Below are positions 1-9,337 of a DNA stretch of 64,000 nucleotides, piece after piece. How positions within the stretch are numbered: position 1 is the first letter of the stretch; every line of letters begins with the position of its first letter. The notes under the pieces were generated by a model, which was not told the origin of the DNA, ran no database searches, and was given only the letters and a program-made list of their open reading frames with translations. The position numbers were made by a program, and so were the translations under genes. Source of the stretch: Anaerolineales bacterium (GTDB taxonomy: Bacteria; Chloroflexota; Anaerolineae; Anaerolineales; E44-bin32); NCBI GenBank assembly GCA_004376895.1, contig SOIH01000236.1, positions 6,452 to 70,451 of the forward strand, given 5' to 3'.

Positions 1-764
1 CCATTGCGCCATCCAACACAGAGATTCTCTTCGCTATAGGGGCGGGAGATCAAGTTGTAGGCCGGGATGAGATTTCGGACTATCCCCCCGAAGCGCTCGA
101 GGTCGCCAGCATTGGCAGCACCTACGGTGAACTCAACACCGAGGCCATTTTAGCGCTGGAGCCCGATCTTGTGCTTGCAGCGACAATCACTAGCCCGGAG
201 CAGGTACAAACCTTAGAGGCTCTTGGTATTCCGCTCTTTCTGCTCGCAAACCCGGAGGATTTCTCGGGCTTGCTTGAAAACATTAACGTTGTAGGTATTC
301 TGACCGGGCATGAGGCCGAGGCGAAGGCTCTCGCAGAGGAACTTGAGGCGAGGATAAAAACAGTGACTCAGAAGACGGCAGACGCGAAGAGCGTAAGCGT
401 GTTTTATGAAGTAGACGGCACGGATCAAACCGCGCCGTGGACGACGGGAGCCGGAACTTTCCAGGACGTACTCATCGGACTCGTCGGTGGCGAGAACATC
501 GCCGCCGACATCGCCGGGTGGGGGCAAATGAGTTTAGAAGAGATTGTCACCCGCGATCCCCAGGTCGTCATCTTCGGCGAAGGACCGTGGGTCCCGACGA
601 CGGTCGAATCCTTCTCGGAGCGTTCCGGTTGGGGGGAGATCGCTGCTGTCGTAGATGGTCGTGTCTATGGAATCGACACGAATTGGGTCGATCGTCCCGG
701 TCCGAGGCTGGTGAACGCACTTGAAGAAATGGCTCTAATGATCCACCCGGAGCTCTTTGAATAA
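1..764 (+). CDS. ABC transporter periplasmic substrate-binding protein, BtuF/FhuD-like (5' end outside window)
   Basis: Frame 3 is open from nt 3 (IAPSNTEILFAIGAGDQVVGRDEISDYPPEALEV...) and runs into listed ORF 171..764. FecCD permease and ATPase genes follow directly. Confidence 0.8.
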   Translation, partial: IAPSNTEILFAIGAGDQVVGRDEISDYPPEALEVASIGSTYGELNTEAILALEPDLVLAATITSPEQVQTLEALGIPLFLLANPEDFSGLLENINVVGILTGHEAEAKALAEELEARIKTVTQKTADAKSVSVFYEVDGTDQTAPWTTGAGTFQDVLIGLVGGENIAADIAGWGQMSLEEIVTRDPQVVIFGEGPWVPTTVESFSERSGWGEIAAVVDGRVYGIDTNWVDRPGPRLVNALEEMALMIHPELFE

Positions 765-766
765 AC

Positions 767-1846
767 ATGGGAGACTCGAGCGCGAACGCATTACCGGAAT
801 CCGTGAAACCGCAGGGCGTTAGGCGTTATTTGCCTTGGATATGGTCGGGATCGGCATTGATCGTTATGCTGTTTGTAAGTGTGGCGGTTGGTCCGGTCTC
901 GATCCCCTTGCCGGATCTCGGGCGGATGCTGTTCGATCTGTTACCCGGACTACAACTGGAGGCGGACTGGTCGCGGACGTTTGCGACGATCGTGTACCAG
1001 ATCCGCCTGCCGAACACAGCCCTGATGGCCTTAGCCGGCATGGCTCTTGGGGGAAGCGGAGCCGCATATCAAGGGTTATTCCGGAATCCACTGGCCGATC
1101 CTTATATCATCGGTGTGGCCTCCGGAGCGGGTCTTGGGGCGGTGTTAGCCATGGCTGCACACTGGCCGGTCAGCCTGTTAGGGATGGCGACGGTTCCACT
1201 TGCCGCTTTCATCGCCGCGCTGATCACGGTTGGCATAGTCTACGCCATCGCGCGCGTGGGCCGCTCCACGCCGGTGACCACCCTGATTCTCGCCGGGGTC
1301 GCGGTCAGCTCCTTCGCAACAGCGATGACGAGCTTGATCATGTTGCTATCGACCGATGAACTTCACCGAGCGGTGAATTGGATGGTTGGCGGATTTGCAT
1401 TGGGCGGTTGGGAGCCTGTTCTGGCCTCTTTGCCTTACCTTCTCATCGGATTGGCCGTACTAGCGCTCCTCGGACGACATCTCAACGTACTCCAGTTTGG
1501 CGATGAACAGGCACGCCAAATGGGCTTGGATGTCGAACGCTCAAAGCTGATTATCGTAGTGGCGGCATCATTGGTCGCCGCAACGGCGGTGGCTTTCTCG
1601 GGCATTATTGCATTTGTGGGGCTGATCGTACCGCACGTTGTGCGCCTGCTCTGGGGGCCAGATTATCGGCGCACCCTCCCGCTTGCAATCCTGGTAGGCG
1701 GCAGTTTCTTGTTGGCGGCCGATGTCGTGGCGAGGGTGATTCTTGCACCCCGCGAGCTGCCGGTGGGGGTGATCACTGCCGTGGTCGGGGCGCCATTCTT
1801 CCTTTGGCTCTTGTACCGAACAAAGGGGAGGGGGCGGGTCTGGTGA
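767..1846 (+). CDS. FecCD-family iron-siderophore/cobalamin ABC permease
   Basis: 359 aa polytopic membrane protein with FecCD-like stretch RLPNTALMALAGMALGGSGAAYQGLFRNPLADPYIIGVASGAGLG. ATG lies 2 nt after the upstream stop. Confidence 0.9.
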   Translation: MGDSSANALPESVKPQGVRRYLPWIWSGSALIVMLFVSVAVGPVSIPLPDLGRMLFDLLPGLQLEADWSRTFATIVYQIRLPNTALMALAGMALGGSGAAYQGLFRNPLADPYIIGVASGAGLGAVLAMAAHWPVSLLGMATVPLAAFIAALITVGIVYAIARVGRSTPVTTLILAGVAVSSFATAMTSLIMLLSTDELHRAVNWMVGGFALGGWEPVLASLPYLLIGLAVLALLGRHLNVLQFGDEQARQMGLDVERSKLIIVVAASLVAATAVAFSGIIAFVGLIVPHVVRLLWGPDYRRTLPLAILVGGSFLLAADVVARVILAPRELPVGVITAVVGAPFFLWLLYRTKGRGRVW

Positions 1847-2619
1847 GAAACGAACTGCGCATCGAACGAGTAACCCTGGGTTACGGAAAGGAACCTGTCC
1901 TACAGGATGTAAATCTCTCGGTGCAGCCGGGCGAAATACTTGCCATTGTTGGACCCAATGGGGTTGGTAAATCGACGTTGGTCAAAGGCGCATGCGGAAG
2001 CCTGCAGTTGATGGACGGTGAAGTCTTGATCGGGGACCAAAACCTGAGAGAACTCAAGCCAGACCGGCGGGCCCGTATGGTCTCGGTTGTTTCACAGGCC
2101 GTGAATCTCCCACCCGCATTCTGTGCCTTAGATGTTGTTCTGATGGGCCGCACACCCTATCTAGGATGGCTGGCGCAAGAGAGCGATCGCGATCACCAGA
2201 TCGCGCTGGAGGCAATGGCACGTACCGAGACGATCGACCTCGCCGCGCGTCCCATCGGCGAGTTATCCGGCGGTGAACAACAGAGGGTTATCATCGCCCG
2301 GGCGCTGGCGCAGTCGACACCCGTAATGTTGTTAGATGAGCCAACAGCACATCTTGACTTGAGACACCAGGATAATTTACTCAAACTCGTGCGTGATCTG
2401 GCGTTCGTCGATAACTTGGCTGTAATGATCACACTCCATGACCTCAATCTCGTAGCGCGCTTCGCGGATCGAGTGGCTTTGCTATCGAATGGTCGGGTGC
2501 GTAAAATTGGTGTCCCAGCCGAAGTCCTGACTCCCGATGAACTGGCTGAGGTGTACGGGATCCGCATACACGTAATGGCTCATCCGTTGGATGGTAAGCC
2601 ACTCGTTCTTTCCGGTTAA
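1843..2619 (+). CDS. ABC transporter ATP-binding protein (FepC/BtuD-like)
   Basis: Walker A GPNGVGKST, signature LSGGEQQRV, Walker B LLDEPTAHLD. I prefer the GTG at 1843, which overlaps the permease stop (GTGA), over the TTG at 1804. Confidence 0.9.
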   Translation: MRNELRIERVTLGYGKEPVLQDVNLSVQPGEILAIVGPNGVGKSTLVKGACGSLQLMDGEVLIGDQNLRELKPDRRARMVSVVSQAVNLPPAFCALDVVLMGRTPYLGWLAQESDRDHQIALEAMARTETIDLAARPIGELSGGEQQRVIIARALAQSTPVMLLDEPTAHLDLRHQDNLLKLVRDLAFVDNLAVMITLHDLNLVARFADRVALLSNGRVRKIGVPAEVLTPDELAEVYGIRIHVMAHPLDGKPLVLSG

Positions 2620-2648
2620 TTCAAGCCTTTATTATCAAGGAGTAGAAA

Positions 2649-3284
2649 ATGCCGACGATTGACCAGGCCAGAGATTGGTATGACGAGGGCGACCCGGTCC
2701 ATGGATTGAGCCATGTCCTGAGGGTTCTGGCTCTGGCTGAGAGGATGGGCGAAGAACTGGGTGCTGACCTTGAAGTGCTGCGAGCAGCCGCACTTCTTCA
2801 CGATGCCTCCGGCGCGCACCCTGGCGAGGGTGAGGATCGCCAATCTCACGAGCAGAGGTCGGCGCTTTTTGCCGGTGAGGTTTTGAAGAAAGAAGGTTGG
2901 GAACAGACACGAATAGACGCCGTCCAGCATTGTATTCGCGCCCACCGTTTCCGCGGCGATGAGTCGCCGGAGACCTTGGAGGCGAAGATCTTGTTCGATG
3001 CTGATAAGCTGGATGTGATGGGGGCGTTCGGTGCAGCGCGCACGCTAGGCTATGCATTGCAGGCTGGGCAGCCATTCTTCGCTGAGCCATCGGAACATTT
3101 CCTGCGCACAGGTGAGACTGAGGCTGGTGAAGCTCACAGCGCCTATCATGAGTACCTCTTCAAGTTGTGTAAGGTGAAGGACCGGCTTCACACCGAACCA
3201 GCCCAACAAATGGCGGAAGAACGGCATGCGGTGCTGACAGCATTTTTTAACCAAATGGCCGTAGAGGCTCGGGGGACGAGCTAA
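2649..3284 (+). CDS. HD-domain metal-dependent phosphohydrolase
   Basis: HD motif (AALLHDAS), HCIRAHRF and LFDADKLD. AAGGAG RBS lies upstream of the ATG. Confidence 0.8.
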   Translation: MPTIDQARDWYDEGDPVHGLSHVLRVLALAERMGEELGADLEVLRAAALLHDASGAHPGEGEDRQSHEQRSALFAGEVLKKEGWEQTRIDAVQHCIRAHRFRGDESPETLEAKILFDADKLDVMGAFGAARTLGYALQAGQPFFAEPSEHFLRTGETEAGEAHSAYHEYLFKLCKVKDRLHTEPAQQMAEERHAVLTAFFNQMAVEARGTS

Positions 3285-3319
3285 ATTGCTCATAATCTGT
3301 ATGGGGAAGGTGCAACGAA

Positions 3320-3348
3320 TTGACCCGCCGACACTCAACTGATATTAT
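3320..3348 (+). promoter_or_regulatory. Sigma70-type promoter of surE (TTGACC-17-TATTAT), 10 nt before the ATG
   Basis: -35 at 3320-3325, 17-nt spacer, TGa-TATTAT at 3343-3348. No SD lies between the -10 and the ATG at 3359. Confidence 0.55.
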
Positions 3349-3358
3349 CCGCGCCGTG

Positions 3359-4186
3359 ATGACAGATAACGATCGCCCCCTAATCCTGCTAACCAATGAT
3401 GATGGCATACGTTCTCCCGCATTATGGGCGGCCGCTGAGGCGCTTTCAGAGATCGGGTTCGTCACCGTTGCGGCTCCTCGGGAGCAGTCATCGGGCGCGG
3501 GGCGCAGTATGCCTGTCACCTCGGATGGCCGACTCGCTGAAGAACAAGTTGATATACGAGGGAAGAAGTGGAAGGTCTACGCGGTTGGCGGCTCGCCTGC
3601 GCAAGCCGTGCAGCACGGCATCCTGGAGTTGATGCCACGCAAACCAGATCTTGTGGTCGCAGGTATTAACTACGGCGAGAATCTAACGACCGGCATCACC
3701 GTCTCCGGGACCGTCGGAGCCGCGCTCGAAGGGGCATCCTTCGGTGTACCCGCGCTCGCAGTGTCACTTGAGGTACCTGCGGAGTATTACCTGACACATT
3801 CAGACACAATCGATTTCCGTGTCGCAAAGTATTTCACAGCATATTTCGCCCGAGCTCTCATGGATATGCAACCCATGGCGGACGTTGATGTGTTAAAAGT
3901 GGATATTCCATCGGATGCGTCGGAGACTACCGAGTGGCGTGTGACAAGACTCTCGCGCCAAAAATATTATGTCCCGGTGGTATCGCCAAGGGCGCTGCTC
4001 GAAGATCCGGCTAATATCCAGTTCAAGATTGAGTTAGATAGGGATAAAGTGGAGACGGATTCAGACGTCTATGCGCTCCGCATTGACCGCATGGTATCTG
4101 TCACCCCATTAAGCCTCGATATAACCTCTCGCGTGAATTTTCCTGAGCTGGAAAATTTACTTAAGGCTAAGGGAGCGCAGTGTTAA
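3359..4186 (+). CDS. surE: 5'/3'-nucleotidase SurE
   Basis: N-terminus LILLTNDDGIRSPALWAAAEAL and GTVGAALEG are typical SurE. The ORF-track TTG at 3320 is actually the -35 hexamer of a promoter, so the ATG at 3359 is preferred. Confidence 0.85.
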   Translation: MTDNDRPLILLTNDDGIRSPALWAAAEALSEIGFVTVAAPREQSSGAGRSMPVTSDGRLAEEQVDIRGKKWKVYAVGGSPAQAVQHGILELMPRKPDLVVAGINYGENLTTGITVSGTVGAALEGASFGVPALAVSLEVPAEYYLTHSDTIDFRVAKYFTAYFARALMDMQPMADVDVLKVDIPSDASETTEWRVTRLSRQKYYVPVVSPRALLEDPANIQFKIELDRDKVETDSDVYALRIDRMVSVTPLSLDITSRVNFPELENLLKAKGAQC

Positions 4187-4237
4187 AGAAAGCAACACCT
4201 GCTTGCCTCTTTTTACTTCTATACTGGGCGGGATAGA

Positions 4238-4870
4238 TCAGGGGGTTTTATTCTCGTGCTGATCCAGAAGCACTTCCAACGTACGCAGTTCTTCCTCTAT
4301 CTGATCGCGCTGGAATTTTGTTTGTGCTAGCAGCGCCTCAAAAGCGGGGCGTTGTTCGCTGGGCACTGTCTCCACTAAGCGCTGTGCACGAATTATCTGA
4401 TTCTCTTTCTGGAGCAGCTTCTCTTTTAGGCGATCGGAATAGCCTTTTTGGAAGGCTTGATCGGGGAGGGGTTTAGGCTGTGCGGATATCCCGCCGGTAA
4501 GAACTTCCGCTACGGTTAGAAGCAACTCGGAAGCCTCGATGGGTTTCTCTAAGAATCGAACCGCACCCAGGCTCATGGCGAATTCTTTGTCTTCAGGGGT
4601 AATGAAAGTTGCGGATACGAAAATTATCGGAATGTCGCGAGTCTCTGGGTTGCTGCGCACTTCATGGGCAAGTGCATACCCATCGAGTTTTGGCATGAGG
4701 ATGTCTGTAAGAATCAACGCAGGTTTTTCCGATAGGAGGGTATTGAGAGCCTCATCGCCGTTACGAGCTGTGATTACATCATAACCTTTAAACTTCAGCG
4801 TAACCTCGAGCAATTCGAGAATGTGAGGGATATCTTCTACGATGAGGATTGGCCCCTGCTGTTGGCTCAT
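4238..4870 (-). CDS. Response regulator receiver (REC) protein with C-terminal coiled coil
   Basis: ILIVEDIPHILELL...ILTDILMPKLDGYAL...PIIFVSA is a CheY-like REC. Start placed at MSQQQGPILIVED (ATG 4870). Confidence 0.8.
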   Translation of the reverse strand: MSQQQGPILIVEDIPHILELLEVTLKFKGYDVITARNGDEALNTLLSEKPALILTDILMPKLDGYALAHEVRSNPETRDIPIIFVSATFITPEDKEFAMSLGAVRFLEKPIEASELLLTVAEVLTGGISAQPKPLPDQAFQKGYSDRLKEKLLQKENQIIRAQRLVETVPSEQRPAFEALLAQTKFQRDQIEEELRTLEVLLDQHENKTP

Positions 4871-4877
4871 ATAGTTG

Positions 4878-4905
4878 ATTGTAACCCGAGTTCTGCGGAA
4901 GGCAA
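4878..4905 (-). promoter_or_regulatory. Promoter of the REC gene (TTGCCT-16-TACAAT), 7 nt before the ATG
   Basis: Minus-strand TACAAT at 4883-4878 and TTGCCT at 4905-4900. ATG at 4870. Confidence 0.45.
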
Positions 4906-4967
4906 TCCCCATAGAAAGGGGATGCCGATAGCTGCATGTTTAGGAACAGGAAAGGGGTCAGTCTCGT

Positions 4968-6194
4968 TTAACGGGTCCAGAGGGATATGGTTTCAATGTG
5001 GAATGTCTGGGGGAACAAGTCGATCGGGGTAATGCTCTCCAGAGAATATCCGCCTGCTCGCAAACGCTTCCCATCGCGGCTAAGTGTGGCGGGATCACAA
5101 GAGATGTATACGATGCGTGAGGAGGATCGCTCGAGAAGTGAATCGAGTGCCGCCCTTGACAGGCCAGCACGCGGCGGGTCGATGAGCACAGCGTCCGCTT
5201 TTAGCTCGATCTGGGGCAGCGCCAGGCCGACACCCCCTTCATATAGATCGATGTCTGTGAAACGATCAAGGTTGAAGCTGAAATCACGACATGCGTGCGG
5301 AGACTCCTCGACAGCCACAACATGAGCCCCGGATTCTGCTATAGCAGCGCTGAATAAGCCCACACCCGCGTAGAGGTCGAAGACGGTTTGTCCGGGCTGG
5401 ATGGACAGCAGCGCTGTTGCGTGTTGAACGAGTTCCGGGATCATCTTCGTGTTCACCTGGAAGAACGAAAGGGCGGAGACGCGGAATTGATGTCGGTTGA
5501 GGTCAAAATAAAGATGATCTTGACCGGCGAGGATAAAATCTCCACGCGGGCTGGTCCACACCACGGATGTGGGGGATTCGATCGAGATCTCGAGATCCGG
5601 AGCATCCGCCCCATGAAGAATGACCATCAGCTCGCCCTCGCCTCCGCTGCGCAGGGAGATTTCTTCTATTGTTTTAGTGGGGTCGAGATCAAACTGGGCC
5701 CAAAGATCAGTTAGTTCCTGCTCGGGCAGGTGGCATTCCTCGACACGGAACACCCGTTTCCCATCGAAGGTGACGAAGCCCAGGTTGCCATTCTCGGTGA
5801 GGTGGAAGCGCATGTTGTTCCGGTAATTCCATGGGTTAGGCGAAGGGATGGGTGATTGCACCGGGGGATCCTCGAATCCACCGATCCGTACAAGCTGATC
5901 GCGCACGATCTCCGCTTTGATCTCAAGTTGAAGCGTATAGGGAATGTGCTGGTAATGGCACCCCCCGCAAGTTTGAAAGTGTGGGCAGCGCGGTTCGATT
6001 CGTTGGGCTGAGGGTTCGATCCATTTTTCGGGCAGCGCTCTGGCCCAACGCTTGTGTGTTTCCACCGGCCGAACGCGCACCACTTCCCCGGGGAGGGTGA
6101 AGGGGACGAAGACCATGCGCCCATCGACGTCGCGGCCGAAGGATTCGCCGCCGTACGCGTTGCCGGTTAGTGTGAGTTCAAGAGTCTCTGACAT
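4968..6194 (-). CDS. rlmD: 23S rRNA (uracil-C5)-methyltransferase, RlmD/RumA family (TRAM + 4Fe-4S Cys + SAM MTase)
   Basis: N-terminal TRAM-like region, Cys cluster CPHFQTCGGCHYQH, SAM motif VFDLYAGVGLF, and C-terminal IVYISCDPATLSRD. Confidence 0.85.
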   Translation of the reverse strand: MSETLELTLTGNAYGGESFGRDVDGRMVFVPFTLPGEVVRVRPVETHKRWARALPEKWIEPSAQRIEPRCPHFQTCGGCHYQHIPYTLQLEIKAEIVRDQLVRIGGFEDPPVQSPIPSPNPWNYRNNMRFHLTENGNLGFVTFDGKRVFRVEECHLPEQELTDLWAQFDLDPTKTIEEISLRSGGEGELMVILHGADAPDLEISIESPTSVVWTSPRGDFILAGQDHLYFDLNRHQFRVSALSFFQVNTKMIPELVQHATALLSIQPGQTVFDLYAGVGLFSAAIAESGAHVVAVEESPHACRDFSFNLDRFTDIDLYEGGVGLALPQIELKADAVLIDPPRAGLSRAALDSLLERSSSRIVYISCDPATLSRDGKRLRAGGYSLESITPIDLFPQTFHIETISLWTR

Positions 6195-6421
6195 AAGTGC
6201 AAGTTAGAAGTGTAACGCGTTTTATTGGGTTCGCGCCAACATCCCAAAAGAGCGCATGTCGGGATTGATGTCCTTCAACCAGGCGCGAAATTGTCACGCT
6301 AATGCAAGCTGTAGACCGCAAAGGCACTCGATTCTATGTCTGCGAGATGTATGGAAGCTCTGCCGGCAGCGGCGATAGGGATTTCATCGCCCTTTTATCG
6401 GTAAACTCAATAAAACGTACT

Positions 6422-6476
6422 AAAAAATTAATAAAATCAATAAACAACTTGACAATTATGAAATATGTGCTATTTT
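6422..6476 (+). promoter_or_regulatory. Near-consensus promoter with A/T-rich UP-like element
   Basis: AAAAAATTAATAAAATCAATAAACAA (6422-6447), TTGACA (6449-6454), 16-nt spacer ending in TGC, TATTTT (6471-6476). Confidence 0.6.
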
Positions 6477-6526
6477 GAAGAGAGATAATTGATATCTATT
6501 GCCTGAAATCATATTGGAGACCCAGA

Positions 6527-6787
6527 ATGGACAACACATTTTATTTAAAGCTTCTTGCAGAGGTGCATCAGGGTCGCTTATTTGAGGATATGGGACAGAC
6601 TCGTCCCCTTCCCGGGCAATCTCGCGTAACATTCCCTGCATTACGAAAAGTGATCGTGACGGGGGGCGGCTTCTTGATTCGGACTGGCGAGGCGTTAAAG
6701 GGAGTCGGGGCACCCCGGGAAACGCCCCCGTTCTCTTCGATTGGTCCGGCTGCCTCAACATTAAGTAACTCATCCGTTGACGTCTGA
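6527..6787 (+). CDS. Hypothetical 86-aa ORF (may instead be non-coding leader/ncRNA)
   Basis: GGAG lies 8 nt before the ATG. The translation has a helical N-terminus followed by a low-complexity P/G/R/S tail with no recognisable family. It sits downstream of the strong promoter at 6422-6476. Confidence 0.25.
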   Translation: MDNTFYLKLLAEVHQGRLFEDMGQTRPLPGQSRVTFPALRKVIVTGGGFLIRTGEALKGVGAPRETPPFSSIGPAASTLSNSSVDV

Positions 6788-6825
6788 TGGACGGCATTGG
6801 ATTTTCATGAAGGACATGGTGACTA

Positions 6826-7200
6826 ATGAATCAAATGCTTACGACCTGCCCAGTCTGTGACGAACGCCTATCCGTCACACGTTTTCACTGTCGCAACTGT
6901 GATACCACGATCGAAGGGCATTTCGATATTGGCCGCTTCGGGAGATTGAGCGCAGAGCAAATGGACTTTCTTGAAGTCTTCGTCCGCTGCGAGGGGAAGT
7001 TAAGTCGGATGGAGCCTGAATTGGGGATGTCGTACCCTACACTCAGGGCACGGTTGACAGAGATCATTCATTCGCTGGGCTTCCCGGTTGGACCTGAGAC
7101 GAAACTGATCAGTGATGAAGAGCGGCACAAGATCCTCGACGACCTGGCAAGCGGGAATTTGAATTCTGAAGAGGCAATGCGGCTCCTGGAAGTTGACTGA
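6826..7200 (+). CDS. DUF2089-like zinc-ribbon/HTH protein with C-terminal SHOCT-like helix motif
   Basis: CPVCDERL...CRNCDTTIEG zinc ribbon, then LSAEQMDFLEVFVRCEGKLSRMEPELGMSYPTLRARL (HTH-like). C-terminus is DEERHKILDDLASGNLNSEEAMRLLE. Confidence 0.75.
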   Translation: MNQMLTTCPVCDERLSVTRFHCRNCDTTIEGHFDIGRFGRLSAEQMDFLEVFVRCEGKLSRMEPELGMSYPTLRARLTEIIHSLGFPVGPETKLISDEERHKILDDLASGNLNSEEAMRLLEVD

Positions 7201-7241
7201 ATAACAAAGATAGACCTGGCAAGCGGGAGGAGGTTGCAGTT

Positions 7242-8357
7242 GTGGAAAAAGTGACGCTTGAGATTGGCGAAAGCCCTCTGGTGAAAATCTCGACGATCGG
7301 TGGGGATCTTCGTCTTTCGGGGCGGGAAGAGCACATCCTGGAAGTACAGGCGCCGGACAAGGGGAAGCTTCAAGTAGATGAGATCGCAGATGGAGTAGAA
7401 ATCTGTGCGAACTCAGGCTGCATCATTTTCTTACCGAAAGACGCGCGTCTCGAAGTCGGCGAAGTCGGAGGGGACTGTCGGGTTACCGATTTGAGAAACG
7501 AGTTCATGATTCGCACGATTGGAGGAGATCTAAGCTTGCGCAGGGTTGGGGAAACGACCTTTGAAATGATCGGCGGGGATTTTCAAGGCCGGCAAATCGA
7601 GGGGAATTTAACCGTCGACCGTATTGGCGGGGACGCCGTGATCCAGAAGGTCCACGGTGATATCCACCTGCGAGGAGTGGGGAGCGACCTGATGCTTAAT
7701 GATGTCAACGGTCAGGTGAACGTAGTTGTAGGAGGAGATGCTTTTGTCACTCTGGCGACCCCTGCCGGCTCTCACTCTAAAGTGCAGGCCGGCAGCGACC
7801 TTTCCTGCCGGATACCTCCTGATTCATCGGTGAACGTGTCCTTATCGGCAGGGGGTGATCTGGATTATCCATCAGGAGTGGAGTCCAGAGAGCAGGGTGA
7901 GGGTGTCGCTTTTCAGCTTGGTGAAGGTGAGTCGGACATAGAGCTTTCAGCTGGTGGAGATCTCTGCCTTCAAACGGGTTTGAGGGATGTGGATTCTGTA
8001 GAGGATTGGGTCGGAGAGATCCTAACCGAGGTGGACGCAAAGCTAGCAGAAGTAGAGGCGCGTTTCAGTGTTATGGGCGCGGGGATGTACGGCTTCGATG
8101 CAGACCGGATTGGCGAGCGTGTCCGCCGTGCGGTTCGACGCGCAGAGCGCAAGGCAAGCGGAAAGGAAAGGCGCAAAGAGGCGAAGAAAAAGAGGAAGCT
8201 GGACCCGTCCTTCTCATGGACAGTACCTGGATCCGGTGAAACCGCAGAGCCAGCGACGGATGAGGAGCGTTTAACGATCCTGCGCATGGTTGAAGAAGGC
8301 AAGGTTTCGGTCTCAGAAGCCGAGGCTTTACTCAAGGTTCTGGAGGGAGAATCTTGA
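7242..8357 (+). CDS. DUF4097/YvlB-LiaG-like beta-solenoid repeat protein with basic linker and C-terminal SHOCT-like motif
   Basis: About 10 repeats of roughly 20 aa carrying GGD(L/F/A) (IGGDLRLSG, VGGDCRVTD, IGGDLSLRR, IGGDFQGRQ, IGGDAVIQK...). C-terminus is DEERLTILRMVEEGKVSVSEAEALLKVLE. GGAGGAGG RBS precedes the GTG. Confidence 0.65.
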   Translation: MEKVTLEIGESPLVKISTIGGDLRLSGREEHILEVQAPDKGKLQVDEIADGVEICANSGCIIFLPKDARLEVGEVGGDCRVTDLRNEFMIRTIGGDLSLRRVGETTFEMIGGDFQGRQIEGNLTVDRIGGDAVIQKVHGDIHLRGVGSDLMLNDVNGQVNVVVGGDAFVTLATPAGSHSKVQAGSDLSCRIPPDSSVNVSLSAGGDLDYPSGVESREQGEGVAFQLGEGESDIELSAGGDLCLQTGLRDVDSVEDWVGEILTEVDAKLAEVEARFSVMGAGMYGFDADRIGERVRRAVRRAERKASGKERRKEAKKKRKLDPSFSWTVPGSGETAEPATDEERLTILRMVEEGKVSVSEAEALLKVLEGES

Positions 8358-9337
8358 CCGCTGCAGTCGCCGCAGGTAATCCATCTGTGCAACGTGGCAT
8401 CCGACCCGTAGAACCTCGCCGCGATATGGCCGCGCTAGCCGGGTTGATCGAGAGAGCGTTTTCTGACCGATTGGATGCATCCTCACGACGGATGATCCTG
8501 GGTATGAAGATGTTCGCACAGGCCGGGCGACTCGGTTGGCTCATAGGCCGCTGGTTTTTGCCCCCGGCGGCCTACCCTCAGGGATTTGTTTGGGAAGAAG
8601 ATGGTGAGGTGGTTGGTAATGCCAGCCTGCTTCCCGTGAGGGGATTCCAACAACGCTGGGTGATGGCAAACGTCGTGGTCAAGCCGGAATACCAGAGGCG
8701 GGGCATTGCTCGGGCTCTTGTCGTGGCTTCGATCGATCTTGTGCGACGCTGTGGGGGAAGACGGATCATGCTGCAGGTTGATCGTGACAACCAGGGGGCC
8801 AGGACACTGTATGAGAACCTCGAGTTTAAGACCCTCACAACGCGGACCACGTGGGTAAGAAAAAGGAACGGACAAGGGCTTCACGCAGGAAGTCATGGTA
8901 AGGTTCGACCCCGGGTAAGCGGCGAATGGAGCGAGCAGTGGGCGTTGGTTAAGCGGCTGCACCCTGAAGGATTATTATGGCCTTTTCCTACAGTTGCTAG
9001 CCTGTTTCGACCGTCAGGATTTGAGAACATACTCGGATTGGGGAAACCAAAGCACTGGGTATGGGAAGAAGCCGGGAGACTCGTCGGCGTGGTGAGCATC
9101 AGGCCTGAGATAGAGCGCTGGCTATGGCGCTTGATGATGGTCGTGGAGCCGGAATGGCGGGGAGAAGTGGAAAGTAGTCTTCTTAGTGTTGCGATGCATG
9201 AATCGTCGGTGTTGGCTGGCAACTTCATCCTGGACTATCCGTCTGATGTCGCTCCGGACAAATTTGAAGGGCTGGGTTTCAAGGCCATTCGCGAGCTCAC
9301 ATGGATGGGGTTGAAACTCGAGAAAAGCGATATTTAA
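8354..9337 (+). CDS. GNAT-family N-acetyltransferase (two GNAT-like halves)
   Basis: VVKPEYQRRGIARALV...MLQVDRDNQGARTLYENLEFK is the acetyl-CoA binding motif. The start overlaps the upstream stop (TTGA), suggesting translational coupling. Confidence 0.8.
   Translation: MTAAVAAGNPSVQRGIRPVEPRRDMAALAGLIERAFSDRLDASSRRMILGMKMFAQAGRLGWLIGRWFLPPAAYPQGFVWEEDGEVVGNASLLPVRGFQQRWVMANVVVKPEYQRRGIARALVVASIDLVRRCGGRRIMLQVDRDNQGARTLYENLEFKTLTTRTTWVRKRNGQGLHAGSHGKVRPRVSGEWSEQWALVKRLHPEGLLWPFPTVASLFRPSGFENILGLGKPKHWVWEEAGRLVGVVSIRPEIERWLWRLMMVVEPEWRGEVESSLLSVAMHESSVLAGNFILDYPSDVAPDKFEGLGFKAIRELTWMGLKLEKSDI

Noticed and set aside
6681-6693. GGACTGGCGAGG resembles the conserved GACUGGCG core of the ZTP (pfl) riboswitch, with CGTGAC nearby.
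   Set aside because: The 3' CCGCCUGGGC-type pseudoknot partner is absent (only GCCTC is present). The helix order does not match the ZTP fold. The downstream genes are not purine or folate genes.
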